A stretch of DNA of 64,000 nt from Tortispora ganteri (Eukaryota): assembly GCA_003707115.1 (NCBI GenBank), contig PPNB01000001.1:372001-436000 (forward strand). Direction: 5' to 3'. Position numbers and translations under genes: made by a program. The notes under the pieces were generated by a model. It did no database searches, had not been told where the DNA came from, and was given only the letters and a program-made list of their open reading frames with translations. Below are positions 1 through 11,269 of the stretch, in pieces (within the stretch, counting starts at the first letter, position 1; each line of letters starts with the position of its first letter).

Positions 1-1
1 C

Positions 2-364
2 CATTTTCTGCTATCAAACATACTTGGCTGTGCTAATTCAAGCCAACATCCTTTCAAGATTTCCCGTTGGATAAAAGAGGAACCTTACCTGGAAGAACAT
101 TCAATCATTAGCGCTACTGGCCTAAGACTTCCAAGAAATTGGCGATTTGTTGAACATAATGAAGCCAAATTAGTTCTTCTGGCAATTGTCACTCCAAGCT
201 CCTTAAGGAAACATGTGAATCTCTTAGCTGGCAATCCTGAATATGCCGCTGAACTAGGCACAATTGGTAACCGTACTGCTCCAACTTTGCGTCAAATCAT
301 GGAAAAAGTATACATGGACTACATGGATGCTTATGCCACAAGCGGCCAAGCTGCTGATGACTGA
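2..364 (+). CDS. 3' end of an unidentified protein (partial, runs off the left edge)
   Basis: Frame 2 is open for 120 codons from the window edge (HFLLSNILGC...MEKVYMDYMDAYATSGQAADD) to TGA at 362-364. No family recognised. Confidence 0.55.
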   Translation, partial: HFLLSNILGCANSSQHPFKISRWIKEEPYLEEHSIISATGLRLPRNWRFVEHNEAKLVLLAIVTPSSLRKHVNLLAGNPEYAAELGTIGNRTAPTLRQIMEKVYMDYMDAYATSGQAADD

Positions 365-878
365 CTCAATCAAGCCATAGGCTTTTAGATTGACCACTCT
401 AATACTTCACCTACTTACACGTAGTTTCTCTCATTGTGCTCAAAACCCTAACTACATTACCCTAACCAGGTAGTTCTCCAACACTTTTTTGCGGGGCAGT
501 AAAATTCGTATTGGTGATGCAGGATTTGATCAGGAGTGGCTGTAATATTATACTATTGGGCTGGTCATTTGACCATGAATGATTCACATACATTAAGAGT
601 TGCGGTACGACTCCTGCACCGAGTGTCCTGTGCTTGAACAAAGCGGCACTAAATACATTCAAGTATATGAACGTTTAGATCATATATGCAGATGAATTTA
701 CATATCGTGAAGGTTGATATACATAAAAAAAATCATGTTGAAACATACCTAAAAAGCTTAAAGAAACGTTCCTGCCGTTAATTCCTGTTAACCCGCTGGG
801 TGTTTTCTTTGCATACTTTATTGATATCTTCAAGCTCGACCCTACCCAAACTGCTACCCTGATTCTATTCAGGGCACT

Positions 879-3712
879 ATGACGTCCAAAAATGTCGTAA
901 ATAATATGAAAGGTAAGTGTTTAACCCCCACGTACTTATTATTTTATCTTTTTGAGCATCCAAGGTCTAACAAATGCTAGGATTGGTTCAGTTTATCTCA
1001 GATTTGAGAAATTCTCGCGATTCTAGTTATGAGGAGAAGAGAATCAACGCTGAGCTAGCAAACATCCGCTCTAAATTTAAAGACTTATCTTTAAATGGGT
1101 ACCAAAAGAAGAAGTATGTATGTAAATTACTGTATATATATACTCTAGGGTACCCAATTGATTTTGGACATTTCGAGGCGGTGCAATTGCTCGGTTCGCA
1201 AAAGTACAGCGAAAAACAGATAGGATACCTTTTTATTAGCCTGATTCTGAACGAAAAAGACGATCTCACTAATTTGGTTATCAATTCGATAAAGAAAGAT
1301 TTACAAAGTCATCTTGAGGTTTATAATTGTTTGGCTCTGCATTGTGTGGCCAATATCGGCAGTGCCGAAATGGCCGTTGCTCTTTCTGAAGTAGTACAGC
1401 AATTACTCAACTCACATGTGACCAAACCATACGTGCGCAAGAAAGCAGCTCTTGCCCTTCTTAGACTCTACAATAAGGACTCTGCTATATATAAACCGGA
1501 AATGACCCATAGAATCTGTGCAATTTTGCAGGACGAAGACCTTGGCGTGGTTACTGCCGGTTGTTCTCTTATTGCTACAATGGCCGAGTCAAATCCTGTC
1601 GCATTCACAGAGGCCTATAACCCTGCTGTCCAGATTTTGTACGAACTTATAGTGAACGGAGACTGCCCGCACGAATATATCTATTACAATCTACCATCTC
1701 CTTGGCTGTCTGTCAAGCTACTCCAGCTGCTTCAGATCCTGCCCGCACCTGATGATTCTGTGCTCAGTAACAGATTGTCCGAGATTCTGCGCTATGTGTT
1801 TAGTAACTACACTGCAATGTGTTCTAATGTGCAACAAAGCAATGCGCAGAATGCTGTAGTATTTGAAGCCGTCAACCTCGTTATTCACATGAACTCAGAT
1901 CCATCTTTGCTGCATAAGTGTTATCAAACGTTAGGAAACTCTCTCAGTGCCCCTCTAATTAATTTCCAGTACGTTTCCTTGGAGGCAATGGCGTATCTGG
2001 CTGCATCCGTTGGAAATACTTATGAAATACGCAAGCATATGCCTACAATTCTCAACAGCCTACATAATAGAGATGTCTCTATCCGCCGAAAAGCGCTGGA
2101 CCTAATATACTTACTCTGTGATAAATCCACAGTCTCTCCTGTGGTTACAGAGCTGTTTAAATTGCTTTCTACTGCTGATGTGTCTCTGAAAGAAGAGCTA
2201 TCTGTTAAAATAGCCGTCCTTGCAGAGAAATCTGCCACAGAGGCTAAATGGTACATATCCACTATGATGAGACTGGTCTATCTCGCTAACGAACAGGCCC
2301 CAGAAGAAGTATGGGTCAGGGTTGTGCAGATAGTAACGAATAACGAAAACATTCAGATACCTGCAGCTCAGGACGCGCTCTCATACTTACAGCAGTCCGT
2401 CTGTCCATCAACTATAGCCAAATTATGTGCTTGCATCTTAGGAGAGTTTGGACACTTGATTTCGAACAATCCTAACACCTCGGCTATTGTACAGCTGGAT
2501 GCAATGGAATCGCACATAACTTCATGCCCTTCTACTGTCAAGGCTATATTCTTGTCTGCTTATTTGAAGTTCTGTAGCGTGTTTCCAGATCTGAAACCTC
2601 GCATATTACCCATTTTCGAGAGGTACTCTACTGCTGCAAACGCGGAACTGCAACAAAGAGCATACGAGTATCTCATGCTCGCTTCGGACCCTGACACTAC
2701 TCTTTTGAACACAGTTTGTGAAGAAATGCCCCTATACGACGAGCGAGAATCTGCTTTGTTTAATCGTGTTGGGCACAGTGACGATACAATATCTCGAAGC
2801 AAGATGATTGAACGTACGAACTCTTATTTGTCCGCTTCTAACGGAAAAAATTCTAATCATTCCAGTACCAATGGCGCAGATGCTGTTGGGTCCTCTGTGA
2901 ACAACGTTACTTCATCCTCGCGCCATAGTGTCTCACGCATTGGAACATCTACCACTGTTAGTAGTCATTCTGATGCCAATGCACTATATGACCTGCTCAT
3001 TTCCTCCACCGATGACGGTACTTTGTATGAAGACAATATTCTGAAAGTTTCTGTTCGCAGCAAATTCATGCCCCCTCACGGCGCTCTGATTTTAACATTC
3101 CTCAACAAAAATTCGGTCGCACTGTCTAATTTCAGAAGTACTATTGACACTTATTCGTCGACTCACCTAAAAACGATTGTTTCGCGAGATACTGGTAGTA
3201 CAATTTACGGAGATGACACTGCTCAACAGACTATAACGACTGAAGCTTTCGATATCTTCTGGGATTCTCCTAAAGTATCTATAACGTACTTTGCAGGAAC
3301 TCCGAGGACGCACAATATCAGGCTCCCTATTGTTCTAACAAAGTTTATGCTTCCGTTACCTATTCTTGCAAAAGATTTCGGATACCGATGGGGCCAGCTC
3401 CGAGAAGCTAACCTTGAAAGACGAAGCACTATAAAGTATGGTACGGGTGTCGTTAAATTAGAGATAGAATATGTGCACGACATAGTGAAAGGTTTCGGCT
3501 GGGGAATATGCAATCGAGAAGAACATGCTGAAACTACAGAATGGTTGTGTTCTGGAGTATTGAAGCTGTATGTTGGAAATATTGGATGTTTGTTGCGTCT
3601 TGAAATCAACAATTCATACAGAAACATCACTGTTGCAACAAGATGTACAGATTCTAGAGCTTCCGTACTAGTTACACGACATTTAGAGCGTGTTCTCAGT
3701 AGCGGTATCTAA
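879..3712 (+). CDS. APL3: AP-2 adaptor complex alpha subunit (exons 879-912 and 981-3712)
   Basis: Splicing gives MTSKNVVNNMK-GLVQFISDLRN, the alpha-adaptin N-terminus. Also contains YQKKKYVCKLLYIY and KYSEKQIGY, plus a C-terminal ear region. Confidence 0.95.
913..980 (+). other. spliceosomal intron of APL3 (68 nt)
   Basis: GTAAGT donor at 913, GTCTAAC branch at 965-971, TAG acceptor ending at 980. Removal restores the conserved MKGLVQF. Confidence 0.9.
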
Positions 3713-3727
3713 GAATGAGTTAACTTT

Positions 3728-4459
3728 TCAAGCGTCCTTTGGCGGTCTTGCACCGAAAATATCAGAACCAACTCTAACGTTGGTCGAGCCTAAAATTATA
3801 GCATCTTCAAAATCACGACTCATGCCCATGCTGAGTTCTATATCTGAAAGATTAAATGTAGATTTTAGTTTGTCAGCCAGGCTTTTAAGTAGCAGGAAAT
3901 CCGGATTGTGCTGGTTAGAGGACTCGGCAGCGGCTTGAGATCTTTCCAAAGCTCCAATTGTCATAAGTCCTTGAAGGTGCAAGTTTGGACAGGAGTCTAT
4001 AATGTGTGTAGCTAAAGGAATCAGGTCATCAGGGGACACTCCAGATTTCTCAGGCTCATTTGATGTATTGACTTGTATGAATACGCGGATCGGTGGTAGG
4101 CCGGATCTGTTAGCATCGAGTTTAGTAGCTTTCTTTTCAGTATCGACTGTTTCGACAGCCCATAGGTTTGGTATTTCTGCTGCGAGGGTTTTGCATTTGT
4201 TAGATTGTAGTCCTCCGATAAAATGCCAATTGATATCTTTCGGCAATACTTTTGACTTGTCGAGAAGTTCTTGAACGTAGTTCTCGCCGAAATGGCGAAC
4301 ACCGATATCGTATAAATGTTGGATATCTTCAGCAGGTTTCAATTTGGATACAGCTACTAAACGTACATTTCTGCCATTTGCAGCCTTATTTACTCTTTCA
4401 AATATTTTAGAATAATTATTTTCTAGTTCTTTAGCTCTGGATGCCATTCTTCTGTACAT
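3728..4459 (-). CDS. pyridoxal phosphate homeostasis protein (YggS/PLPBP/YBL036C family)
   Basis: Motifs LVAVSKLKP, FGENYVQEL, WHFIGGLQSNK, LSMGMSRDF and VRVGSDIFG. Confidence 0.95.
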   Translation of the reverse strand: MYRRMASRAKELENNYSKIFERVNKAANGRNVRLVAVSKLKPAEDIQHLYDIGVRHFGENYVQELLDKSKVLPKDINWHFIGGLQSNKCKTLAAEIPNLWAVETVDTEKKATKLDANRSGLPPIRVFIQVNTSNEPEKSGVSPDDLIPLATHIIDSCPNLHLQGLMTIGALERSQAAAESSNQHNPDFLLLKSLADKLKSTFNLSDIELSMGMSRDFEDAIILGSTNVRVGSDIFGARPPKDA

Positions 4460-4734
4460 TCTTCAATTGTTAGTTAAATATTCAAAATCGCAAATTTTTC
4501 TCTTCATGAAGTTCAGATAAACATAAGTTTGGCTAATTGTGTCGAATCCGTCATGTCTTTATCGGACTGGGGCGACAACAAAATCATCATATTATCAGAA
4601 AAAGTACATTGTAGTTTACTTACTATTTGTTAATGGAAAATACCAGCAAAAAATAAAAAAGAAGAAGTAGTTGTCTAAATCTAAGAATGGGAAACTTTGT
4701 TTATTGGATCAATTTATACTTAGACTCTACACAT

Positions 4735-5250
4735 ATGCCAAAGATACCATGGTCTGATTTGCACCGAATAGGCGTTGCCTCGCTCAAAGTGAATGCTATA
4801 ATTGTAATAATATATTCGCATTTTTTTGAAATAGGCAATACTGAAGGAATGTCAATGCTACCCACTATCATTGACGGAGACTTTGTCGCTCTAGACAAAA
4901 CAGTTTCGCAACGCACCAATGCACTGCGTCTCGGTGACTGCGTAGTGGCGATTAAACCATCTAATCACAAAGAAGCTATATGTAAACGTATAACAGGTAT
5001 GCCTGGCGATTATGTTCTCAAGGATCCGCGTTATCCGCTAGATGGCTACGTCAAAGTACCAAAAGGCCATTGTTGGCTAACCGGCGACAACCTCGTCGCC
5101 AGCAAAGACTCCAGACATACAGGACCTGTTCCGCTCGCACTCATAAAGGGCAGAGTAACACATGCATTTAATTGGAACCTGAAACATGGCTTGCTGTTTC
5201 CAAGCGATTTGCGGAAAGTGTCTAACTCAGCAGAACTAATCAGTCTATGA
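4735..5250 (+). CDS. IMP1: mitochondrial inner membrane peptidase subunit 1 (S26); start could alternatively be 4687
   Basis: Catalytic Ser motif GMSMLPT, Lys motif ICKRITG, and VPKGHCWLTGDN..SKDSR..GPVP. Confidence 0.85.
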   Translation: MPKIPWSDLHRIGVASLKVNAIIVIIYSHFFEIGNTEGMSMLPTIIDGDFVALDKTVSQRTNALRLGDCVVAIKPSNHKEAICKRITGMPGDYVLKDPRYPLDGYVKVPKGHCWLTGDNLVASKDSRHTGPVPLALIKGRVTHAFNWNLKHGLLFPSDLRKVSNSAELISL

Positions 5251-5277
5251 CCTAAGTGCTTCCCATCAATATAAGGC

Positions 5278-7410
5278 CTACGAAATAACACATCCGGGAT
5301 CACATGCCTCATTCACATAAGAATTTCCTTCACTATTAGTCAGTGTCAGCGTATGCTCACCTTCAGGATGTGTCCAATATATACTCTGTCCGTCTATCGA
5401 AATAGACCCCGCCGTCACATCCACGTCTGGTAACGGGAAAATACTCCGAGGAACAAAAACCTCAGTCACTCCTTGGGTATTCGCGGCAATTTCTAATTGC
5501 ATCTGCTGCTTATGTATATCGTTTTCAAAAGATATAAGCTCACCTTGTACATAGACCGGGCTCGCTCGTGCAACTCCTTCCAAAATCCTTATGCCTCTAA
5601 CATCTGGCACACCTGAACCAAATGACGATGAACCTGACGACCATTCGTCATCCTTATAAGGGACCAAAGAGGACCTCACAGACTCAGTATCAGTATTCCC
5701 GCGACTAAATATGCTGAAATCTTCTAAATTCCAGTCGTCGCCCCACTGGTTTGAATTGCTCGGCGTGTAGTTCCAAAGACAGTGACTGAAATTTGAACCT
5801 TCAACTGCAAATTGACTGGCATCAAGTGCCCCAAGTTGCTGTGAATAGTCACCGGTTTCAAATGCTTCTTTGTGATTCATGTCATACGGCACGCCATACT
5901 CTGTTAGTACCGCAGGTGCGTCGGGCCCAAACGCTTCGTTTCCTTCTTTTCTCATCTCTCTCATTTGGTCTCTCAAACATCGCCGAATATTGCGCTCTCC
6001 AAATACCATTGCCAGTGCTGGAGTCAAATATTTCCCCCTCATTACACCCAAAACGTCAACGTTGTAAAAAGTATTCCACGTTCTGTGCATCAATGTCAGG
6101 CCATCGTAGTAGTGAGGTGAGTACACCAGTTTACTGTCAGATATACCTAAATCACGTACATTTGGCGGCTTGGTCATAACTGGAGGTTGGCAGAACACGA
6201 AAATATCGTCAGACACTGTCCTGATTGCTTTGATGTATCTCTTTAAATGAGATGTCCAGTAGTACTCCACCCATGTGTTTTCCGTAATTACTTTGCCATC
6301 AGGAGTATACCCAAAGTATTTTGGCTTCTTTATATGACCTGTTTCAATGTCCCATATGCCATGAGCCGCCCATGGGCATTTTCCTCGCGGCCAAGAGGCA
6401 TCTCGCGACCATCCATAATGCGCATCGATTTCGTCGGAGGTGGCGTTTTTAGCTGCATCTAGCCAGGAAGATCTACCAGACTCATTCACTATATGCGAGC
6501 CAGTCTTATAGAATCCTAGTTTGCCCAGGTCATATGTGTCAATTTCTAAAGTGCAGCCTTGAGCAAGCTGGAACGCCTCTATAACAGTAGGGCTGGTTCC
6601 CTTAAGAAGGTTGGGTCCTTTGCGAGAGCGCGATTTCAAATCGCTACAACCAATCAAGCCGGGGTTGGGTTCATTAATAGATTCGAAGCCAATAATACAT
6701 GTGTCGTATAAGGACGGATCGGCGTCCTTGATAGCTTGTGCTAGACGGACAACGGCGTTTATGAAGTGCGATTCTAAGAAATCTTGTATATTTAGCCCAT
6801 TTATTTTGCACTTAGGAGCAAAATCTTTGCCGCCGAAAAACATGGTATTGATTGTCAGATTAGCTGCACGACCATAATTAGTTGCCCAAATCATTGACAT
6901 AAATCGGGACGGGTCTGGAGAGGTATTGTGTACGAGTGCGGATTCGTTGAACGAGAAGGCATGTGGGTCAAGGCCGGCAGCATAGACGGTCCACATTGGT
7001 GCCCCACTTCCACCAGTGAATCGCGACCACACGTCTTGGTGAGGGTCCATAACTACATGCAATCCGATGTCCCGAATGATTTGGAGTGTGTCGATAGTGA
7101 ATTTGATAAAATCGGTATCGTAGATCCCTGGCCCTTGATGTTCCAACGCCTCCCACGTGAATACGTACCTGATGAGATTAAAACCCAGCAACTTAAGTTT
7201 GTTAAAATGCGCTGGAGCAGACTCTAACGTGAATGGTCGTCCGACAAACGAGACATTGTCGCCATCAAAGAAATGATCTGATTGGTAGGACGGGATGAAA
7301 GGTTTAGCTGGCAATTTGCACTCTCCCGCAACATTTATGCCTCTAAAATATACCGTCCTGCCATCTATACCAACAAATTCTCCACCTACACCAGTAAATG
7401 AAGATGCCAT
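5278..7410 (-). CDS. EGH1: GH5 ergosteryl/steryl-beta-glucosidase (EGCrP2/Egh1 type)
   Basis: FRGINV, FVGRPF, TWEALEH.GPG.YD, DPHQDVWSR..GGSGAP, the NEP acid/base motif and the TEYG nucleophile region. Confidence 0.88.
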   Translation of the reverse strand: MASSFTGVGGEFVGIDGRTVYFRGINVAGECKLPAKPFIPSYQSDHFFDGDNVSFVGRPFTLESAPAHFNKLKLLGFNLIRYVFTWEALEHQGPGIYDTDFIKFTIDTLQIIRDIGLHVVMDPHQDVWSRFTGGSGAPMWTVYAAGLDPHAFSFNESALVHNTSPDPSRFMSMIWATNYGRAANLTINTMFFGGKDFAPKCKINGLNIQDFLESHFINAVVRLAQAIKDADPSLYDTCIIGFESINEPNPGLIGCSDLKSRSRKGPNLLKGTSPTVIEAFQLAQGCTLEIDTYDLGKLGFYKTGSHIVNESGRSSWLDAAKNATSDEIDAHYGWSRDASWPRGKCPWAAHGIWDIETGHIKKPKYFGYTPDGKVITENTWVEYYWTSHLKRYIKAIRTVSDDIFVFCQPPVMTKPPNVRDLGISDSKLVYSPHYYDGLTLMHRTWNTFYNVDVLGVMRGKYLTPALAMVFGERNIRRCLRDQMREMRKEGNEAFGPDAPAVLTEYGVPYDMNHKEAFETGDYSQQLGALDASQFAVEGSNFSHCLWNYTPSNSNQWGDDWNLEDFSIFSRGNTDTESVRSSLVPYKDDEWSSGSSSFGSGVPDVRGIRILEGVARASPVYVQGELISFENDIHKQQMQLEIAANTQGVTEVFVPRSIFPLPDVDVTAGSISIDGQSIYWTHPEGEHTLTLTNSEGNSYVNEACDPGCVIS

Positions 7411-8841
7411 AAGTGGATTTCAAGAGATCTTCAGAAGTGTGTTGGATGGTTAGAGATGCGACCAAGCGTGATGGCGGCCGAAATCATGTCCCAAGCAGCC
7501 TTCCGAAACAGGAAACACTCCTGATTAGAAGAGACATTGAACAGCCAACCCAACCGCTGTCGGTTATTAAACAATTATGTCGTTTTGTTGTCATGTTAGC
7601 TTATACAAAAAGCAAGCTGGCCTACGCAAATATATTCCTAAAATTGTTTGTAAAATCAATCTTGGCCCAAATGCAAGTAGCAATGCTTACCGCCAGAAGG
7701 CCCCGCGAAACCTTATTCGGCGATCGGTATTACACGTCATAAATATCAAGTCAATGTTCACGCAGATTCTTTTCGATTATGCACTAAAAAATATGACAGT
7801 CGGCTACATTTTATTGCTGTAGTAACAAATTGTCCCTTGGAGAGTTGTTAATACGGGAATTGGTGCCGAACGCACTCCTCAAGGTGTTTACAAGTCTCTT
7901 GCTGGTCCATGCCATGTCCTGCTCACTGCAAAACCTGACCGGTATGCACAGGCGTATGAGGTTTCTCATTTGGCTACACATAGACGATGTTCGCTCTCTT
8001 AACTCGCTGTTCACATACACGGATGAATCATCCCGCTTTAGATACTGTCTCCTGAGTTGAGCATTAAATGGCGCACAAATAAGGTTTAGCTTTATCAGAC
8101 GTAACGTGCACAAAGAGCTAAACGTAGCATGATAATCTGCGCTTGCATCGTGCTTCCGGAGACTCAAAACGATGAGAATATGTTATCATATTTATTAAGG
8201 TCATGATTAAAATGTATAATATCTCGATGTAGTCGTTTGGAGCTCTTTATCTCTCAATAAGTTACCAAACGCGGTCGCGTCTGCTTATCAACTGGACATT
8301 CACTGGGAAGTTTAATTGGACACAGCGCCACTTCGCCAACCCGGTTGAATATGGACAAGGAACCTGCAGAACTTATCTAACTGCTAAACACCATAAATAT
8401 ATGTCGTTAACAGTCTGTTTTTTTTACTACTACAGATATTGTACTATAATAATTAGCAAATTAAAACCATTCGTTGCCATATCAACACCGTACGGATTAG
8501 AAACTCTCAATATCCCCGTTTAATTACGCTCCTACAAAACCCTCTCCCCCTGTCTTTCCTTTCTCCTTCCTAATTTAACCAAGAACAAGACATATTCGGT
8601 CGCATTTAGGGCCCTTGATTTTGATACTGTTACCTAGCGCTTTCCTTCTTGAAAGTCTTTTCTACTTTTCTGGGCTAGGCTTCCCTTGTTTTCGCTTGAA
8701 TCGACAGCAACTGGTTTTTCTGTCCGCAACAAGAGAGCTTACCACCGTTTGAGCGCTATTCCAAATATCATTCGCTCCTGACTATATATAATCGCATTTA
8801 GATTCTGGCATATTTATACTACTCAGTAGATATCCTTCGAG

Positions 8842-9771
8842 ATGAAGAAATTGTTAAAACGAGACTGTGTCACTTGCGGACCTATACCCACATGTCCCAT
8901 TTGCGATAACGGCGAAGTGTGTCAGATCACTGTGCAGACCTGTGAGAAATGCCCTGAAACATTCTGCGCTGCAATCGACAACAATGATGACGACGATAGT
9001 AGTCTTGTGTTAAGCTCTACTTCTTTGCCCTCTGCTACTCCTATGCAACCGTCCGAAGGCTCAGCTTCCAAATCGACTAGCGGCGCAATTGCTGGCGGTG
9101 TAATAGGTGGCTGTATAGGCCTAGCAATCATTATATTTCTCATATGGCGCTACATCATCGCGCGCCGTAAGCCACAACGACACTCATCGCTGGTCAACCA
9201 GAATCTTGGCGCCTATGACATGACTCGTGTCGGCGAACAGGGCCAATTCCAGGACGATGAAGACAGTTACGATAATGACAATATATTCAGCGATCGCATG
9301 ACCGATTCTTCAAATGGTCTCACAAGGCCCAGTTCAAGACACACAATGTCTTCTATGGCATCAACAGCCCTGACTCGCGCCTCTAACATCATCCCTATAG
9401 CCTACATTCCCGGAGTATCTATGCACTCTACCCCTAAAAACCAAGCTCCGGCTGCGCCTCCTATACCGCGGATACCGCGCAACCTTGTTTTCACGGCCGA
9501 CGATATTATGCGCGATTCAGTACTATCCAGGAATAGCATGACTACAAATGATATTGGTTCGCCCCGATCTAACCTCGATTCGCCGGACCTGAGAGCATCC
9601 ATCGATGCAGATGCCTACAGAAACTCGGCAGTCGTGCCCCCGCAACAGATGACTACTACTGCTATATCTGCGCGACCAAACCTGGTAACTGTTACTGAAT
9701 CCAACGATACAGACGAAACGGTCTCCAAATCCGACTGCCAGTCAAGTGACAGCCAAAAAGAAACTCCTTGA
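8842..9771 (+). CDS. OPY2: Opy2-type single-pass membrane anchor (HOG/MAPK signalling)
   Basis: N-terminal 8-Cys domain (CVTC..CPIC..C..TCEKCP..C), TM segment GAIAGGVIGG..., and the cytosolic motif TRASNIIPIAYIPGV. Confidence 0.88.
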   Translation: MKKLLKRDCVTCGPIPTCPICDNGEVCQITVQTCEKCPETFCAAIDNNDDDDSSLVLSSTSLPSATPMQPSEGSASKSTSGAIAGGVIGGCIGLAIIIFLIWRYIIARRKPQRHSSLVNQNLGAYDMTRVGEQGQFQDDEDSYDNDNIFSDRMTDSSNGLTRPSSRHTMSSMASTALTRASNIIPIAYIPGVSMHSTPKNQAPAAPPIPRIPRNLVFTADDIMRDSVLSRNSMTTNDIGSPRSNLDSPDLRASIDADAYRNSAVVPPQQMTTTAISARPNLVTVTESNDTDETVSKSDCQSSDSQKETP

Positions 9772-9862
9772 ACTAGCCAAATCATTCTAACGACGTTTAC
9801 GACCTAGATTTCACATGATTTTAAAAATTTTTTATACGCATTACTCGTTAATTATTCAGTAA

Positions 9863-10897
9863 TTAATGCTTAGAAGCAGCGATAGCCTCACGCTCAACAT
9901 CGTACAGAAAATCAAAGTAAGGTTTGTCGAAGTTGTGTACGCGAATATAACCATCTTCAGAACCAGATGCAAATTGAGTGCCATCAGGATGCACAGCAAG
10001 AGTGTTGATAGGACCGAAATGGCCAGTTACGTGGCCAATAAGGTCCTCGAATATTTTATGATAGAATCTGGATTCGAAGTTACCTTGACGATTTGACGTA
10101 GTAGTGACCTCTCGGGCTTCTTGGCCACCTCCTAAGACGACAAAATCTTTAACAGGTGTGATAGCTGCAGTATTTATGCCGGCTTCACCGCGGTAAGTTT
10201 TAAGCACATTCAAAGTCTTAACATCTAGAAGCTTGGCAGTTTTGTCTTTCGAAGAGGTTATGAAGTATGTATGGTCAGCTGAAAACTGTATATCTGTGAT
10301 GGTGCCAGGCTTATCGTGTATTTGAAGACTCTCGATAATTGAGCCGTCATCTGAGTTGACTTTGGTGACCCATCCGTCGTCGTGTGCCAGAACAAGAACA
10401 ATTCCGATTTCTGGGTCGTACCCCCAACCAGCGGTGGTTACTTTCGCTCTCTCCTTTGGATCAAATTCAAGGAGAAACCTGGGCTCATCACTAAACGATT
10501 CTAAGTCTTCAGGAACGTCAAAGACGACGGTCTGGCCAATACATCCCATACGCTGTTCAATTATGGCGAATAGTTGTTTGCCGTCGGGAGAAAACCGCGC
10601 TTGTTTAACAGTAGTCTGGAATTGGAATCTATGAATCAGTTCGCCACCATTTACCTTCCACACATGAACTTCGTTATCTGCTCCACCCGAAATAGCAATA
10701 TTGCTCTCGGGGTGCGGGTCTACAGTCCATAAAGCAGTGGGCATCTGTCCGTCATACGTTCCCAATCGTTCACCGTTATGTGAATACCATACACCAACAT
10801 TACCATCTTTACCAACAGAAAATAGTAAATCTCCTTCACGATTATATTTTATTTGTGTTAACGGCCTTGAATGACCTTTCAGCATAATAGGTCTCAT
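9863..10897 (-). CDS. TIF34: translation initiation factor eIF3 subunit i (WD40)
   Basis: MRPIMLKGHSRPLTQIKYNREGDLLFS, GGGQEAREVTTT, GHFGPIN and EDGYIRVH. Confidence 0.97.
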   Translation of the reverse strand: MRPIMLKGHSRPLTQIKYNREGDLLFSVGKDGNVGVWYSHNGERLGTYDGQMPTALWTVDPHPESNIAISGGADNEVHVWKVNGGELIHRFQFQTTVKQARFSPDGKQLFAIIEQRMGCIGQTVVFDVPEDLESFSDEPRFLLEFDPKERAKVTTAGWGYDPEIGIVLVLAHDDGWVTKVNSDDGSIIESLQIHDKPGTITDIQFSADHTYFITSSKDKTAKLLDVKTLNVLKTYRGEAGINTAAITPVKDFVVLGGGQEAREVTTTSNRQGNFESRFYHKIFEDLIGHVTGHFGPINTLAVHPDGTQFASGSEDGYIRVHNFDKPYFDFLYDVEREAIAASKH

Positions 10898-11194
10898 CTT
10901 GAAATTGCAAACTTCTAAGCGCGTTTCTCGGCCTAGCGAATTGTCAAAGTGAAAGAAAAAATATCCTTTCTTTTTCCTCCTTTAACAAGTTCTCCCTGGC
11001 AACCATAGCCATAACGGAAAATCCTGTGTCTCCCACCGCATCTTGATTCCTACGTTTCACAGCTTGGCTCTGTACGCTCTCTTTATTGATAGATTCTCTG
11101 ATAGATTGTATTGTTCTTTTAAAGGCGCTTAATAACTGCCTGTATATTTAATCTGGTCAAACTTTGGCCTATACCTCTGCTGCATACGATCTGG

Positions 11195-11201
11195 TGACTC
11201 A
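11195..11201 (+). promoter_or_regulatory. Gcn4/Bas1-type site TGACTCA upstream of C1-THF synthase
   Basis: Exact TGACTCA about 70 bp before the first ATG. Gcn4/Bas1 control purine and one-carbon genes in yeasts. Confidence 0.5.
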
Positions 11202-11269
11202 CAAAACTTACTTCCCAGTCGTATAAATTTACTTTTGTTAACCAGATCAATCCTTCTCTAATCCTCACC

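Noticed and set aside
7413..8167. Overlapping 76-118 aa ORFs between EGH1 and OPY2
   Set aside because: Mostly non-ATG starts, mutually overlapping, and no motifs. More likely promoter DNA. An ncRNA cannot be excluded without an Rfam scan.
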